64,000 bases of DNA from a bacterium. GTDB taxonomy: Bacteria > SAR324 > NAC60-12. The stretch spans positions 2,306,051 to 2,370,050 of the forward strand of contig OZ242383.1 in the NCBI GenBank assembly GCA_965209155.1, written 5' to 3'. Positions within the stretch are counted from its first letter, which is position 1; each line of letters begins with the position of its first letter. The position numbers and the translations under genes are program-made. Shown here in pieces: positions 48,430 through 58,738 of this stretch. The notes beneath the pieces were generated by a model, which saw nothing but the letters and a program-made list of their open reading frames with translations, was not told the DNA's origin and ran no database searches.

Positions 48430-49146
48430 CTTAAAGAATTGCTGGCATCGATCAAAGGGCAGAAACTGATATTGATTGAGATAAACCGCTAAGCCTTTGA
48501 TCCGGGGACCATATTGAGTGGGTCCCTCTATCCCTGCTGGAAAGCTCGAGCGATTCAGATGCCAGCAGCAGGGACAAATTTTTTGTTCCACCTGGTGCTC
48601 GGTGACCTCTAATTGGAGCGGGGGAAGATCAAAGATCTGACGTTTATGCGTGGCCTCAACCACCACCTTGGATAAATCTTCTCCACAGGCTTCACAGGTG
48701 CTGGGAGAATGGGACTCCACATGATCTGGTGATTCACTGAAAGGCAAATGATGGCCTTTATGACCGGGTTGACCTCCGCGAGAGCGACCCCTGCTTTTAC
48801 GCAAACTTTTGTTCTTTCGACTTTGATCGGTGGAAGGAGGCTTACTTGAGTTTTGGCTGTTGAGAGCCAGCTGATCCCGAAGTTGCTTATTTTCTGCTTC
48901 GAGCGCTTCAATACGCTTATTTTCTATTTCGAGACGTTTGAGGAGTTTTAATCGCTCTTTCTTCCATTGCTCCCGTTCTTTTTCAAAGAGTTGACAGGCT
49001 TCTTGAAGAGCCTCAAGGGGGGCTGTCGATGAAATGGAACTAATATACTTTTGAACTTTTGAGAGCATAAAATCCTTCCTGGATTATATGCCAGGCAAAA
49101 TCTGTGCTTAAATCGAAGGGGGGTCTAAAGTAACCTAAATAGTTAC
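48430..49146 (-). mobile_element. Truncated IS66 copy: left IR plus the 5' 640 bp of tnpC.
   Basis: ORF 48385-49068 equals the N-terminal 215 aa of TnpC (about 95% identity to copy 1). The left IR ends at 49146. Homology to copy 1 stops at about 48430. Confidence 0.8.
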
Positions 49147-49250
49147 TGAAAAAAAAAGAGGGGGATTCTCACGTTGGCCATTATGAGGGTTGTCACTCTG
49201 GCAGATAAAACAACAATTCATAATGCTTTCCCAGATAGGAGATTTCAAAA

Positions 49251-49466
49251 ATGAAAATCAATTATTATTCAGAAACGGATTCTCTCTATATTGATTTATC
49301 AAACAACGCCAGTGTTGACAGTGAAGAAGTTTCCGAAGGAGTTGTTTTGGATTATGATGAAAAGGGAAATTTAGTCGGCATTGATATTGACCAAGCCAGC
49401 CTGAAACTGGATTTACAGGAACTCATCCTCAATAAAATTCCAGCTCCCGTCAAACTCTCTGCTTAA
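49251..49466 (+). CDS. DUF2283-family small protein.
   Basis: MKINYYSETDSLYIDLSN...VLDYDEKGNLVGIDI. Confidence 0.5.
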   Translation: MKINYYSETDSLYIDLSNNASVDSEEVSEGVVLDYDEKGNLVGIDIDQASLKLDLQELILNKIPAPVKLSA

Positions 49467-49556
49467 CTCTTTCCACTCCGCTCAATTGGTAAGCGCACCA
49501 ATGTTGGCAACGAGTTCTGGGGTGGCATCCGGTGAATCGTGTTGTTATCTCAAAAT

Positions 49557-49844
49557 TTATGCAGCTTCAATACGTTTTAAATGACTTAAATCTACTTTCC
49601 CTTGAGCGTTCCATAGATCGTATTGAAGTTGAAGCTTTAACCATCCTTCTGGAGTTCGACCAAAAACTCTCGACAAACGTAAAGCCATTTCCGGGCTGAT
49701 ACCTGCTCGTCCATTGAGTAATGCTGATAAGGTTTTTCGGGTAACACCTAAAGCGCTTGCTGCATCAGTGACAGTCATCTCAAGAGCATCCACACAGAAA
49801 TCACGGATGATTTCTCCAGGATGAGGAGGATTGTGTATTCTCAT
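49557..49844 (-). CDS. higA: HigA-family antitoxin (HTH_XRE).
   Basis: [16 protein letters not shown]...[41 protein letters not shown]. Confidence 0.8.
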   Translation of the reverse strand: MRIHNPPHPGEIIRDFCVDALEMTVTDAASALGVTRKTLSALLNGRAGISPEMALRLSRVFGRTPEGWLKLQLQYDLWNAQGKVDLSHLKRIEAA

Positions 49845-49855
49845 GTTAAAACTCC

Positions 49856-50134
49856 TTAATGGTAATCGTCATAGACTACATTGGTGACGTTAGAACCTTG
49901 AAATTGAAAAGTGACTCTCCAATTTCCACTAACCGATACAGACCATGTGCCATCTCGGTCTCCTTTGAGAGGATGCAAACGAAGACCAGGTAAATCCATA
50001 TCATCGGGAGATTCGGCAGTTTCAAGGAGTGCAAGAATTCTACGAAGTCTTATCACATGTTCTGATTGAATCCCTGCTATACTGCCTGAATCAAATAATT
50101 TTTTGAGTCCTTTGTGTTTAAATTTGATGATCAT
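49856..50134 (-). CDS. higB: HigB toxin (RelE/ParE superfamily, killer-protein type).
   Basis: [40 protein letters not shown]...[32 protein letters not shown]. Confidence 0.8.
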   Translation of the reverse strand: MIIKFKHKGLKKLFDSGSIAGIQSEHVIRLRRILALLETAESPDDMDLPGLRLHPLKGDRDGTWSVSVSGNWRVTFQFQGSNVTNVVYDDYH

Positions 50135-50272
50135 AATCCATAAAATGTAACCGATAACGTATCGGGTTGCAATACATAAGATGTTTATAGGTTTTTTAAG
50201 GGAGATAACGCCACGCTTCATGCGCGGCGGGAAGCGGAGCGGACGCTGCACGCCGTCGCCTGCAAGCGATTT

Positions 50273-51028
50273 TTAGGTAGCGCTTCCACTCTCGCAGTGC
50301 GCAATGACCAGACGGTACCCCAGATCAATCTCGGACTGACGCAAGAGATGTTCGTATCGACGCTCCCACACGCCGTCCTCAAGATCGCTACGCAGGCGGG
50401 CAAGACCAGATTCGACATTGCGGATCTTGGAGAATGCGGACATGGCGCTGCGGATACCTGCGTCCAGGTAAGCATACGGCCGCCGCCAGTATGCTCCGAG
50501 AAATCCATCAATACAATCGTGTGGCACCAGCAGAGGGCGCACTTTGGTGTCCCCCAACACCCCGAGGAGTTCCTCGATGGACGGCAGGATGCGGCGGTCG
50601 ATCTCCCCAACTTCGGGAAAGTAGTCTTCGATAAGCCAGAAACCCGATGCCGCGGGGTCCCAAGTGACGATGACGAGCCGACGCTGGGCCACCCGCGCTA
50701 GCTCCGTCAGGCCCCGCGCTCGATCCGGCCAGTGGTGCACCGTGAGAACGGCCAGCGCTGCGGCAAACGCCGCATCTCGGAACGGCAGGTGTGTTGCGGA
50801 CGCCTGCACGACTGGCGCACTACCCGTACGACGCTGACGAATCATGGCCCGAGACGGCTCAACGGCAACGACAGAGCGGTCTGTCGGTTCGTAAGACCCC
50901 GCGCCAGCCCCGACATTCACCACAGTGTCTGCCTCGCCCAAAGCGTGGAGGATGGAGGTGGCGAGGCGCGGGTCTGCACGACGGTAGTTCTTGTAGCCGA
51001 TGCCAATTTCGTCGTAGAGCTGTGGCAT
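50273..51028 (-). CDS. Class I SAM-dependent methyltransferase. GC-rich (~62%), unlike its neighbours.
   Basis: VVNVGAGAGSYEP (motif I). Local GC is clearly higher than that of the flanking higBA and GNAT genes. Confidence 0.65.
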   Translation of the reverse strand: MPQLYDEIGIGYKNYRRADPRLATSILHALGEADTVVNVGAGAGSYEPTDRSVVAVEPSRAMIRQRRTGSAPVVQASATHLPFRDAAFAAALAVLTVHHWPDRARGLTELARVAQRRLVIVTWDPAASGFWLIEDYFPEVGEIDRRILPSIEELLGVLGDTKVRPLLVPHDCIDGFLGAYWRRPYAYLDAGIRSAMSAFSKIRNVESGLARLRSDLEDGVWERRYEHLLRQSEIDLGYRLVIAHCESGSAT

Positions 51029-51131
51029 CTTGTCATTCCTCTCCATCTGTGACGATTGTACTTGAGTCACCTATCGCCCAAATTTGCTGGCAGCTGAAGC
51101 GAAGCGTAAGCTGCTCAGCAAGATTTGTTTG

Positions 51132-51551
51132 TTATGCGTCTTTAATTAACCTCTTGTCTATACTGACGACATCGTCGGATGAATAACCAATCTTATTGTA
51201 AAAATCCAACACTTTGTCATTTGAGCTACGAACAACAATATTCAGTTTTGGGCACCCGATATATATTAACGTTTGTTCAATATAGTGCATCAATATTTGA
51301 CCATACCCTTTGTTTTGAAAATTCGGATGCACAGCCAGATAAAATACAGAGCCTCTGTGACCATCATAGCCTGCCATCGCAGAAGCAACTACATTTAGAT
51401 TGTCTATTTCAACGAAAAACAGTTCCGGTTGGAACTGGAGTTTTCTATCTATATCTTGATTTGGGTCGTTCCATGGGCGAGTAAGCCCACACACTTCCCA
51501 TAGCTTAATTACATTCTCTCTGTCGCTTTCTTTAAATTTCCGGATTTCCAT
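51132..51551 (-). CDS. GNAT-family N-acetyltransferase.
   Basis: ...AVHPNFQNKGYGQILM (acetyl-CoA-binding motif). Confidence 0.7.
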   Translation of the reverse strand: MEIRKFKESDRENVIKLWEVCGLTRPWNDPNQDIDRKLQFQPELFFVEIDNLNVVASAMAGYDGHRGSVFYLAVHPNFQNKGYGQILMHYIEQTLIYIGCPKLNIVVRSSNDKVLDFYNKIGYSSDDVVSIDKRLIKDA

Positions 51552-52113
51552 ACTAATTTACGCATAACTATATGATTATCTGGTTCTTTATAATTACAAT
51601 AATCTGTCTTGACCAGTTTTTTTATCTGTATTTTAATAGTTTTCTAGCTGGTTAACTCTCAAAAAAGCATTATTAGCCAGAAAGGCGATAACTTCCCATG
51701 CTCAGAATTCCCCCAGCCTTGCTGACTCAATATACCCTCTTTTTAGCTGAACAATCGGTTCCGGATCAATGGCATCCTTCTTTTCACAAATGGTTACGCT
51801 ACTATCTGGTTTTCTGCCATAAGTATCACTTTGAATCCACATCGCCTCGCTCCCAACAAAAGAGCCCTCCCGCTTTTCTTAAAAATTAGAGGTAAAGATG
51901 AAATCAGGTGCAAGACCAGGAATAATCTTTGGTGAGGCGGCAGATTCCAGCTCTTAAACTTTTCTCATGCTGAGGCATGACCAGTAGAAATAAATCTATT
52001 GCAAATAATAGTAACTGTCCCCTGATTTTATTGATGGCTTGCAAGCTGAAGATGATTTCGCCAAAATACCTGACAACAGGTTTTCAGGATTTCTTCTTAC
52101 TTATAGAAAAATT

Positions 52114-52377
52114 ATGATGGTTTGGACCGATACCGCTCCACAAATGGCAGAATTGCAAAAAATAATGCTACGCCAGGCTAGTATGGCGGAACGGTTTGCC
52201 AGAGTTCGCTCTTTGACTACCAGCGTAATTCAATTGTCCCGTCGGGCGATTGCACGGAATCATCCCAATTTACAAGATGCTGAATTGAACTCCCTGTTTA
52301 TTGCCCACCATTACGGCTCCGATTCAGCCCGTGCTTTCGACCAATTCATCCAGAGCCAAACCCATGAAGATACCTGA
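52114..52377 (+). CDS. Small hypothetical protein with an Rx5H motif (HEPN-like?), translationally coupled to the downstream nucleotidyltransferase.
   Basis: ...SRRAIARNHPNL. Its stop overlaps the start of the next gene (ATGAAGATACCTGA). Start codon uncertain. Confidence 0.3.
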   Translation: MMVWTDTAPQMAELQKIMLRQASMAERFARVRSLTTSVIQLSRRAIARNHPNLQDAELNSLFIAHHYGSDSARAFDQFIQSQTHEDT

Positions 52378-52957
52378 TATTGTCAAAACCCTCCAGCCGG
52401 TCATTGAAGCTTTTCAGCAATTGGGAATTGACTATTATATCGGAGGGTCTGTCGCCAGTTCAACTTATGGAATGCCCCGGGCCACCATGGATGTGGATGT
52501 GGTGAGTGATTTATGGTCAGAACATGTCGAGCATTTTGTCCAACTGGTCGAACCCACCCATTACGTGAGTGCCTCCCTGATTCGGGAAGCCCTGCAACAT
52601 CACACACCGTTCAACCTGATTCATTTGGAAACGATGCTGAAAGTCGACGTCTTTGTCCTGAGACCTCGCTCTTACGATCAACAGGCTTTTCGGCGAAGAC
52701 GCCTCGACACCTTGGATGAGGAGGGGGCCGTCTCTTTTTATTTAGGAGCGCCTGAAGACATCTTGTTGCATAAGTTAGAATGCTATCATTCAGGAAATCG
52801 CACTTCGGAGCAGCAGTGGAAGGATATTATTGGAATATTGGAAATTCAACAAAATGCATTGGATTATTCTTATTTGCAGGAATGGGCAGTTCATCTGGAA
52901 TTGCAGGATCTGCTACTCCTGGCTCTTAAGGAATCCGGAGTGGAGCGGAACAACTAA
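52364..52957 (+). CDS. Nucleotidyltransferase-fold protein (AbiEii/MNT-like).
   Basis: GGSVASSTYGMPRATMDVDVV fits the GG[ST]A..Y..R.T.D[IV]D nucleotidyltransferase motif. Confidence 0.5.
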   Translation: MKIPDIVKTLQPVIEAFQQLGIDYYIGGSVASSTYGMPRATMDVDVVSDLWSEHVEHFVQLVEPTHYVSASLIREALQHHTPFNLIHLETMLKVDVFVLRPRSYDQQAFRRRRLDTLDEEGAVSFYLGAPEDILLHKLECYHSGNRTSEQQWKDIIGILEIQQNALDYSYLQEWAVHLELQDLLLLALKESGVERNN

Positions 52958-52965
52958 AAATAACT

Positions 52966-53325
52966 GTAACTATTCAGGTCCTTTAAGGGGAGTTCAATTA
53001 TAAAGGAGTTGCCAGAGGATGCAAAGCCTGTGTGAGCAAATCGATGATGGATTTTCCCTGTTTTCTGGCAGTGGAAATGGGCTCGGATACAAAAAGCCTG
53101 AGATCCTTTGCTGGGAGAATGGGACTCCACCTGATCCAGTGATTCACTGAAAGCCAAATGATGGCCTTGATGACCGGGTTGACCTCCGCGAGAACGACTC
53201 CTGCTTTTACGCAAACTGTTGCTCTTGCGACTTGCATCGCTGGAAGGAGGCTTACTTGAGTTTTGGCTATTGAGAGCCAACTGATCCCGAAGTTGCTAAT
53301 TTTCTGCTTCGAGCGCTTCAATACG
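52966..53325 (-). mobile_element. IS66 remnant: right IR (GTAACTATTCAGGTCC) plus tnpC 3' end fused by an internal deletion to an upstream tnpC segment.
   Basis: 53024-53110 matches the tnpC 3' end. 53110-53320 matches the region equivalent to about 15920-16120 of copy 1. Confidence 0.7.
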
Positions 53326-53554
53326 TTTCCCCGCTCTCGCTCCCAGCTTGTACATTTTAGAGTTGTAATCCATAGTTGGATATTCTACTCTCGAACAATT
53401 CACAGGGAACTTCCATTTCATTTGTTCATGCCAATAAAGGACACACGAGACGCCCAACCTGATACCAAAGAGCTGAGTTGCCCGGTTCCCTGCGGGCGAA
53501 TCGCGCATTCCGTCGCAGGTTAGCTTGGGATATTTAAAACAAGCTCTAAGAAAA

Positions 53555-54028
53555 ATGGAGGGGAATGTGCGGAAAACTATCAGTGAAAATGAACTCCACG
53601 GCATCTTGACCGAACACCAAATGTGGCTCGATTCAGGAAAAAAAAGAGGCATCCCTGCCGACCTGGCAAACGTCGACTTGGCCCAAACCATGCTCATTCG
53701 TACCGATCTCCGCGAAGCCAACCTCAGCGGTGCGAATTTTGTCGAAGCCGATCTCAGTGAAGCCAACCTCACAGGAGCAAACTTAAGCAAGGTAGATCTC
53801 AGTCGCAGTTATCTCTTCAAAACAAACCTGAGCCATGCCGACCTGCATCAAGCCAACTTGACAGGAGCGAAACTGGCATGGACAAAACTGAACTTCACCA
53901 ACCTCAAAGATGCGGATTTGAGAGAATCCGTGTTGACAAGAGTCGATTTGATCGACGCTCGATATTCGAACGGCACTCAATTTCCCTACGGCTTCGACCC
54001 CCAAAAAAATGGTATGGTCTTGGACTAA
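53555..54028 (+). CDS. Pentapeptide-repeat protein.
   Basis: Tandem A(D/N)LxxA(N/D)Lxx repeats: ANLSGANFVEADLSEANLTGANLSKVDLSRSYL... Confidence 0.7.
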   Translation: MEGNVRKTISENELHGILTEHQMWLDSGKKRGIPADLANVDLAQTMLIRTDLREANLSGANFVEADLSEANLTGANLSKVDLSRSYLFKTNLSHADLHQANLTGAKLAWTKLNFTNLKDADLRESVLTRVDLIDARYSNGTQFPYGFDPQKNGMVLD

Positions 54029-54132
54029 GTGAAATTGATTCACGTGTTATCATGTCATTTTTCAAATTTATCCCATGTACCGTCGAAGACTTAAAATCGA
54101 AGGTCACTATATTTCTAAGCTACTGATATTCC

Positions 54133-54209
<77 letters not shown>

Positions 54210-54223
54210 ATTTGGAGGGATTC

Positions 54224-54299
54224 TGGAGCGGGAGACGAGCTTCGAACTCGCGACTTCCAGCTTGGAAGGCTAGTGCTCTGCCAACTGAGCTACTCCCGC
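54224..54299 (-). tRNA. tRNA-Gly (UCC).
   Basis: The reverse complement folds as GCGGGAG-TA-GCTC-AGTTGGCAG-GAGC-A-CTAGC-CTTCCAA-GCTGG-AAGTC-GCGAG-TTCGAAG-CTCGT-CTCCCGC-T-CCA. Anticodon UCC. Discriminator U. Confidence 0.85.
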
Positions 54300-54503
54300 T
54301 CTTTGATTATGAACTATTAAATATTTTTTCCCCGTGTTTGTCAAGATTTAAAAGTTGTAATGGTTGACCCTGGTATAGCATTGGGTGTCTCCTCGTTCAC
54401 AGGGAGATATTTTCCGGATTCCTCACGTTCTTTCAAAATGCCGCCTCAATGAATGGTTTGCGAGCTTTCGTACCTGCGCAAACAGACGACAGGGGTTTGG
54501 ACT

Positions 54504-55427
54504 CTAAAATCGGACGATTGCTCTGTTTTGATAACGGAGATCAATAGATCTCAGTGATTTTTTCGATTGTCGGAGTTGGGGATAAACACTTTCAAAAGTC
54601 TTAATTTTTTCAAGATAGTCATCATGGCCTAGTTGAATAATCAGTGGAGGATTGCGGAGTTTTAATTTTAAATTGAATGGGTCGGCGACATCCAACTCGG
54701 CAAATTGATCCAAAGGAAGTGGTGACGCCCGGAGCAGGTTGAGCAGTTCCCGTCCTTGCTGCAGACCCACAGAAACGATGGGTTGTCCCAGGTTGATTGC
54801 TTCTCTTTTAATTCCAGTTATGACGAAAGAAGGTTTGGGCTGGGAAGTGGAATTTTTTTGTATGGGATGCAATTGTTCGTCGATGAGATAGTAACTGTCC
54901 TCAATTTTTAAAAAAACGTAGGGACGACGTTCGCTGAGAATAAAAAAAAACGAATTTGGGATCAATTTACGAACATAAGCTTCTTCAATAAAGGGATGTT
55001 GATTCAGTCGGTCGACTACTTCATTCGCATCAATTTGATAGAATTTTAAGTTGGAGTCGATTCCTGCGATTCGATATATATCTTCTGTTGTCAGCGCAGA
55101 ATGCCCATTTATATGAATTTGAGCGGGTGGCCGCCGAAAATCGGCCAGACCCAGCCAAACGATACCCGTGAGTATCCAAAGTAAGAAAATAAAAGTAGTC
55201 AATCCAATGATCGCTTTATGCCAGGAATGCAGGAGGGTGAACGGCATGGAAATCAAGGAGCTGGGGACCTGGATTTTTTTCCAGATAAAGCGCCGTGCTA
55301 CGTAGAGTCGGGGGGGGCCATTGGGATAAATTCTCAGCTTCCCCTTTGCGAATTGAATATTGAGTTTCTCATCACGGGGACGAATGGGATTTTGGCGTTT
55401 GCCGATGTGGTTTTTAAGATCTTCCAT
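54504..55427 (-). CDS. ftsQ: Cell-division protein FtsQ/DivIB.
   Basis: N-terminal TM helix and POTRA domain. Directly downstream of murB. Confidence 0.65.
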   Translation of the reverse strand: MEDLKNHIGKRQNPIRPRDEKLNIQFAKGKLRIYPNGPPRLYVARRFIWKKIQVPSSLISMPFTLLHSWHKAIIGLTTFIFLLWILTGIVWLGLADFRRPPAQIHINGHSALTTEDIYRIAGIDSNLKFYQIDANEVVDRLNQHPFIEEAYVRKLIPNSFFFILSERRPYVFLKIEDSYYLIDEQLHPIQKNSTSQPKPSFVITGIKREAINLGQPIVSVGLQQGRELLNLLRASPLPLDQFAELDVADPFNLKLKLRNPPLIIQLGHDDYLEKIKTFESVYPQLRQSKKSLRSIDLRYQNRAIVRF

Positions 55428-55433
55428 AGATCA

Positions 55434-56384
55434 CTATCGGTTCCGGGTGACAATTTGCACTTCCGGTTCCAGTTTAATCTGGTAATCATTCCAAACTTTT
55501 TTTTGGGCCAGTCGAATCAAAGTCAAAACATCCTCAGTTTTGGCATTGCCAAGATTGACTATGAAATTACTATGCAGTTCACTGATTTGCGCATCTCCGC
55601 TGCAAAGTCCTTTCAGTCCCACAGACTCAATCAATTCGGCAGCATAGCGATCCGGTGGGTTCTTAAAGATTGAACCACAGTTTGGAACCTGTCGTGGTTG
55701 ATTTTCTTCGCGAAAAGTCTGATATTCCTCAATTTTTTTTCGCACTCTTTCTGAATCAGAAGCATTCAATCGAAACAGGGCAGAAGTGACAATGGCACCG
55801 AATCTCCCGTTCAAAGGAGAATAGCGATAGTTAAAATTTATTGAAGCCCCTTCAGTTTGGTGCAAACGCCCCTCCATATCCAGCCACCAGACTTTTTTCA
55901 GGTGGTCCCGAATTTCTTTACCATGAGCACCTGCGTTCATTGCAATCGCGCCACCAATACACCCGGGAACGCCGATCAAGAATTCGAGACCACTCCATCC
56001 CAAAGGAACGCATCGTTGGGCAAACGTGACGTCTGCCAGGGCGGCTCCTGCATGAATTTCTCGTTGCTCCGCAAAGGTCTCCCACTGTTTGAATGAAGCA
56101 GACAAGCGCAGAACAATTCCAGGCCATCCTTCATCCGGAAGGATCAGGTTGGAGCCTTTGCCGAGAATAAACCAAGGGACATCGTATTGCTGAAAAAAAG
56201 GCAGCAGTCGAGACAAATCCTCCCGGTTTGCCACGTCAATAAAACAGAAAGCATCTCCCCCCACGCGCATGGTGTTCAGTCGTTTTAAAGAGTGAAACCA
56301 TTGTAGTTTGGACTGCAAGGGCAGATCGAGCAGTTTTGATATCCATTTTTCCGCGACTTTCTGCTGAATGCTTCTTTCAAACAT
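55434..56384 (-). CDS. murB: UDP-N-acetylenolpyruvoylglucosamine reductase.
   Basis: FAD-binding region ...MRVGGDAFCF...GKGSNLIL. The C-terminal MurB domain gives a conserved MurB-like overall pattern. Confidence 0.75.
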   Translation of the reverse strand: MFERSIQQKVAEKWISKLLDLPLQSKLQWFHSLKRLNTMRVGGDAFCFIDVANREDLSRLLPFFQQYDVPWFILGKGSNLILPDEGWPGIVLRLSASFKQWETFAEQREIHAGAALADVTFAQRCVPLGWSGLEFLIGVPGCIGGAIAMNAGAHGKEIRDHLKKVWWLDMEGRLHQTEGASINFNYRYSPLNGRFGAIVTSALFRLNASDSERVRKKIEEYQTFREENQPRQVPNCGSIFKNPPDRYAAELIESVGLKGLCSGDAQISELHSNFIVNLGNAKTEDVLTLIRLAQKKVWNDYQIKLEPEVQIVTRNR

Positions 56385-56401
56385 ACCAAGCCACTATCAA
56401 A

Positions 56402-56752
56402 TTAAATAGTCTCGACCAGTGCGTTTTTGTGCAATTCCTCCAGGTTGTAGTAAATTCGGGTGGCCGGATGAAAAATATGGACAATGACGTCCTCATAGTC
56501 CATTAAAATCCAACTCCCTTCCGTATAACCTTCAATACTGAGTGGTTTGATCCTGTATTTGCTCAATTCTTCTTTAATTCGATCGGCAATTCCTTTGACA
56601 TGTCCTTGAGAGCGTCCCTGACATATGAGCACATAATCCGTGAAGGACGAGTGTCCATTGACGTTCAACAAAACGATTTCTTCCGCTTTTAGCGATCGAG
56701 CGGCTTGTACGAGTGCTTTTGCTCTGTCTTTTTCAGTCAGTGATACTTCCAA
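56402..56752 (-). CDS. rsfS: Ribosomal silencing factor RsfS (Iojap).
   Basis: DYVLICQGRSQGHVKGIADRI...GSWILMDYEDVIVHIF. Confidence 0.8.
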   Translation of the reverse strand: MEVSLTEKDRAKALVQAARSLKAEEIVLLNVNGHSSFTDYVLICQGRSQGHVKGIADRIKEELSKYRIKPLSIEGYTEGSWILMDYEDVIVHIFHPATRIYYNLEELHKNALVETI

Positions 56753-56779
56753 GGGGTTATTAAAAAATCAGGTAAAGAT

Positions 56780-57715
56780 TCAAAATGTTGCTGATTGTCC
56801 TTGCCAGATATCATGGGTCTGCATGTAATTTTCAATAAACTGCATAGGCCGCATTTTTTCTTTGGTCCAGGCAGGCGCGATCAATTCGTCCCATCTCGGA
56901 GCCACTGCGGCCAAGCGGTGAACCGCAATTCGTGGGGAGAGATGTTTCAAAAACACGCACACTTTACGACTGTATTCTTCCAGTTCCACTGGGTCAAACA
57001 ATCCTTTTTCGTACATTTCCGCCAATGGGGTATTTTTTAATACATGAAGGTTGTGTAATTTTACGCCATGTATCCCTAAGCCTGAAAGCAAAGTAGCCGT
57101 ATCCTGCAGTTGTTTATCCGATTCTCCAGGGAGTCCAAACATCAAATGGCAACAAATTTCGACTTTTGATAACGATTTTAATCTTTGAATGGCCTGGATA
57201 GAGCGGATGCTGTCATGACCTCGTGATAAAAAGCGCAATTGTTGGTCATCAAGTGTTTGTATTCCTAATTCAACCGAGACAAAATGAGATTCGGATATTT
57301 CCTCGAGAATTCGCAAAATGGTACGAGGCAAACAGTCGGGACGAGTGCCTAACGCAATTCCGATGACGTCGTCTTCTTGCAAAACAGAGCGAAATTTAGC
57401 ACCCAATTCTTTAACCCGTCCAAATGTGTTGGTGTAAGATTGGAAATAGACGAGGAATTTATCGGCGTTGTAACGTTTTCGAATCGCATTCCTGTGCAAA
57501 GCGACTTGTTCCTCCAGGGTTTTACCGGCATCGTTATGATAGGCAGCCGCCCCCCATTCATCACAAAACGTACAGGTTTTCATTCCCTTGATTCCCTCTC
57601 GGTTGGGGCAGGTTCGTGCGACTGAAACACTGATCTTGAAAACCCGTTTATTGAATAAATGATGGTATCGTTGGCTTAAAGGATAATATCGTTTATTGTG
57701 ATCGAAGGGAAGCAT
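56780..57715 (-). CDS. Radical SAM protein (TIGR01212-like).
   Basis: The Cys cluster ARTCPNREGIKGMKTCTFC is an atypical radical SAM motif of the YhcC/TIGR01212 group. Confidence 0.6.
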   Translation of the reverse strand: MLPFDHNKRYYPLSQRYHHLFNKRVFKISVSVARTCPNREGIKGMKTCTFCDEWGAAAYHNDAGKTLEEQVALHRNAIRKRYNADKFLVYFQSYTNTFGRVKELGAKFRSVLQEDDVIGIALGTRPDCLPRTILRILEEISESHFVSVELGIQTLDDQQLRFLSRGHDSIRSIQAIQRLKSLSKVEICCHLMFGLPGESDKQLQDTATLLSGLGIHGVKLHNLHVLKNTPLAEMYEKGLFDPVELEEYSRKVCVFLKHLSPRIAVHRLAAVAPRWDELIAPAWTKEKMRPMQFIENYMQTHDIWQGQSATF

Positions 57716-57888
57716 CGGATACGCTTGTCTTTCCGGATCATGACGATTATTTTATTCTGACCACCGAGTCGTCTCTTTCAGTGCTGTGAACTCGCCTCGG
57801 AAGTGGAGCAAAAAGAATACCTCAAAGCCTGAAGAGAGGCAAGTTTGCATGCATCAATACCAGCAAGCCCCCTATATTTGCTACGGAC

Positions 57889-58605
57889 ATGCCTTATCAA
57901 CTACCCGATGATTCTGAAAAAGCAGCATACCTTCAAAAAAAATTCAGTGAAATCGCGCCCAAATACAATCTTTTCAACGATCTGATTACCTGCGGATTGC
58001 ATCGTTATTGGAAAAAATTCGTAGTTCGACAAGTCGGGGTCATTGCGGGAGGAAAATACCTGGATTTATGCTGCGGTACTGCTGACATCGCTCTGCGTCT
58101 TCGAGATACGATACCTCAAGGGTCGATCTTTGCGCTGGATTTCTCCCCGGACATGTTGGAGATTGCTCGGAATGCCCCTCACTCCAAGGAAAGATCGTTG
58201 ATTTTTCTGCAAGCAGACGCCACCCTGCTGCCCTTTTCCTGTGGATCAATGGATGCGGTGACGGTTGGTTATGGTTTGCGAAATGTCAATGATATTTCAA
58301 AGTGCCTGGCTCAAATTCTCAATGTTCTCAAGCCGGGAGGAGTGTTGGTCAGTTTAGATGTAGGGAAAGTTCGAGTGCCGATAATTTCCGAGTTCAGTCA
58401 GTTTTATATATTACAAATCGTTCCCCGAATTGGAAAACTCTTGTATCATAAACAGGACATTTTTGACTATCTCTCCCATTCCACGAAAAACTATCCCAAT
58501 CAGGAAACCCTCAAACAGCTCATGTTAGCCAGTGGATTCAAACAAGTGGATGTTTTTGATTTTCTTTGGGGCGCCACTACGGTTCATGTGGCCTACAAAC
58601 CCTGA
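57889..58605 (+). CDS. ubiE: Demethylmenaquinone/ubiquinone C-methyltransferase UbiE/MenG.
   Basis: KYNLFNDLITCGLHRYWKKF, LDLCCGTADIA, GYGLRNV. Confidence 0.8.
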   Translation: MPYQLPDDSEKAAYLQKKFSEIAPKYNLFNDLITCGLHRYWKKFVVRQVGVIAGGKYLDLCCGTADIALRLRDTIPQGSIFALDFSPDMLEIARNAPHSKERSLIFLQADATLLPFSCGSMDAVTVGYGLRNVNDISKCLAQILNVLKPGGVLVSLDVGKVRVPIISEFSQFYILQIVPRIGKLLYHKQDIFDYLSHSTKNYPNQETLKQLMLASGFKQVDVFDFLWGATTVHVAYKP

Positions 58606-58614
58606 TTGATTATC

Positions 58615-58738
58615 CGAATCAGGAGTTGAAATTTAATTTATAAAATCGATAATTTAATAATTATGATGTGTCATGCTGGTCCCGGATCATCCTGGATTCC
58701 TGGTCAAGTCAGGAATGACACGTTTTTTAACTCCTGAT
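58615..58738 (-). mobile_element. MITE copy C (124 bp, shorter variant, inverted orientation).
   Basis: CGAATCAGGAGTTGAAAT ... TTTTTTAACTCCTGAT. Its end directly abuts the IS66-derivative left IR at 58739. Confidence 0.65.
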
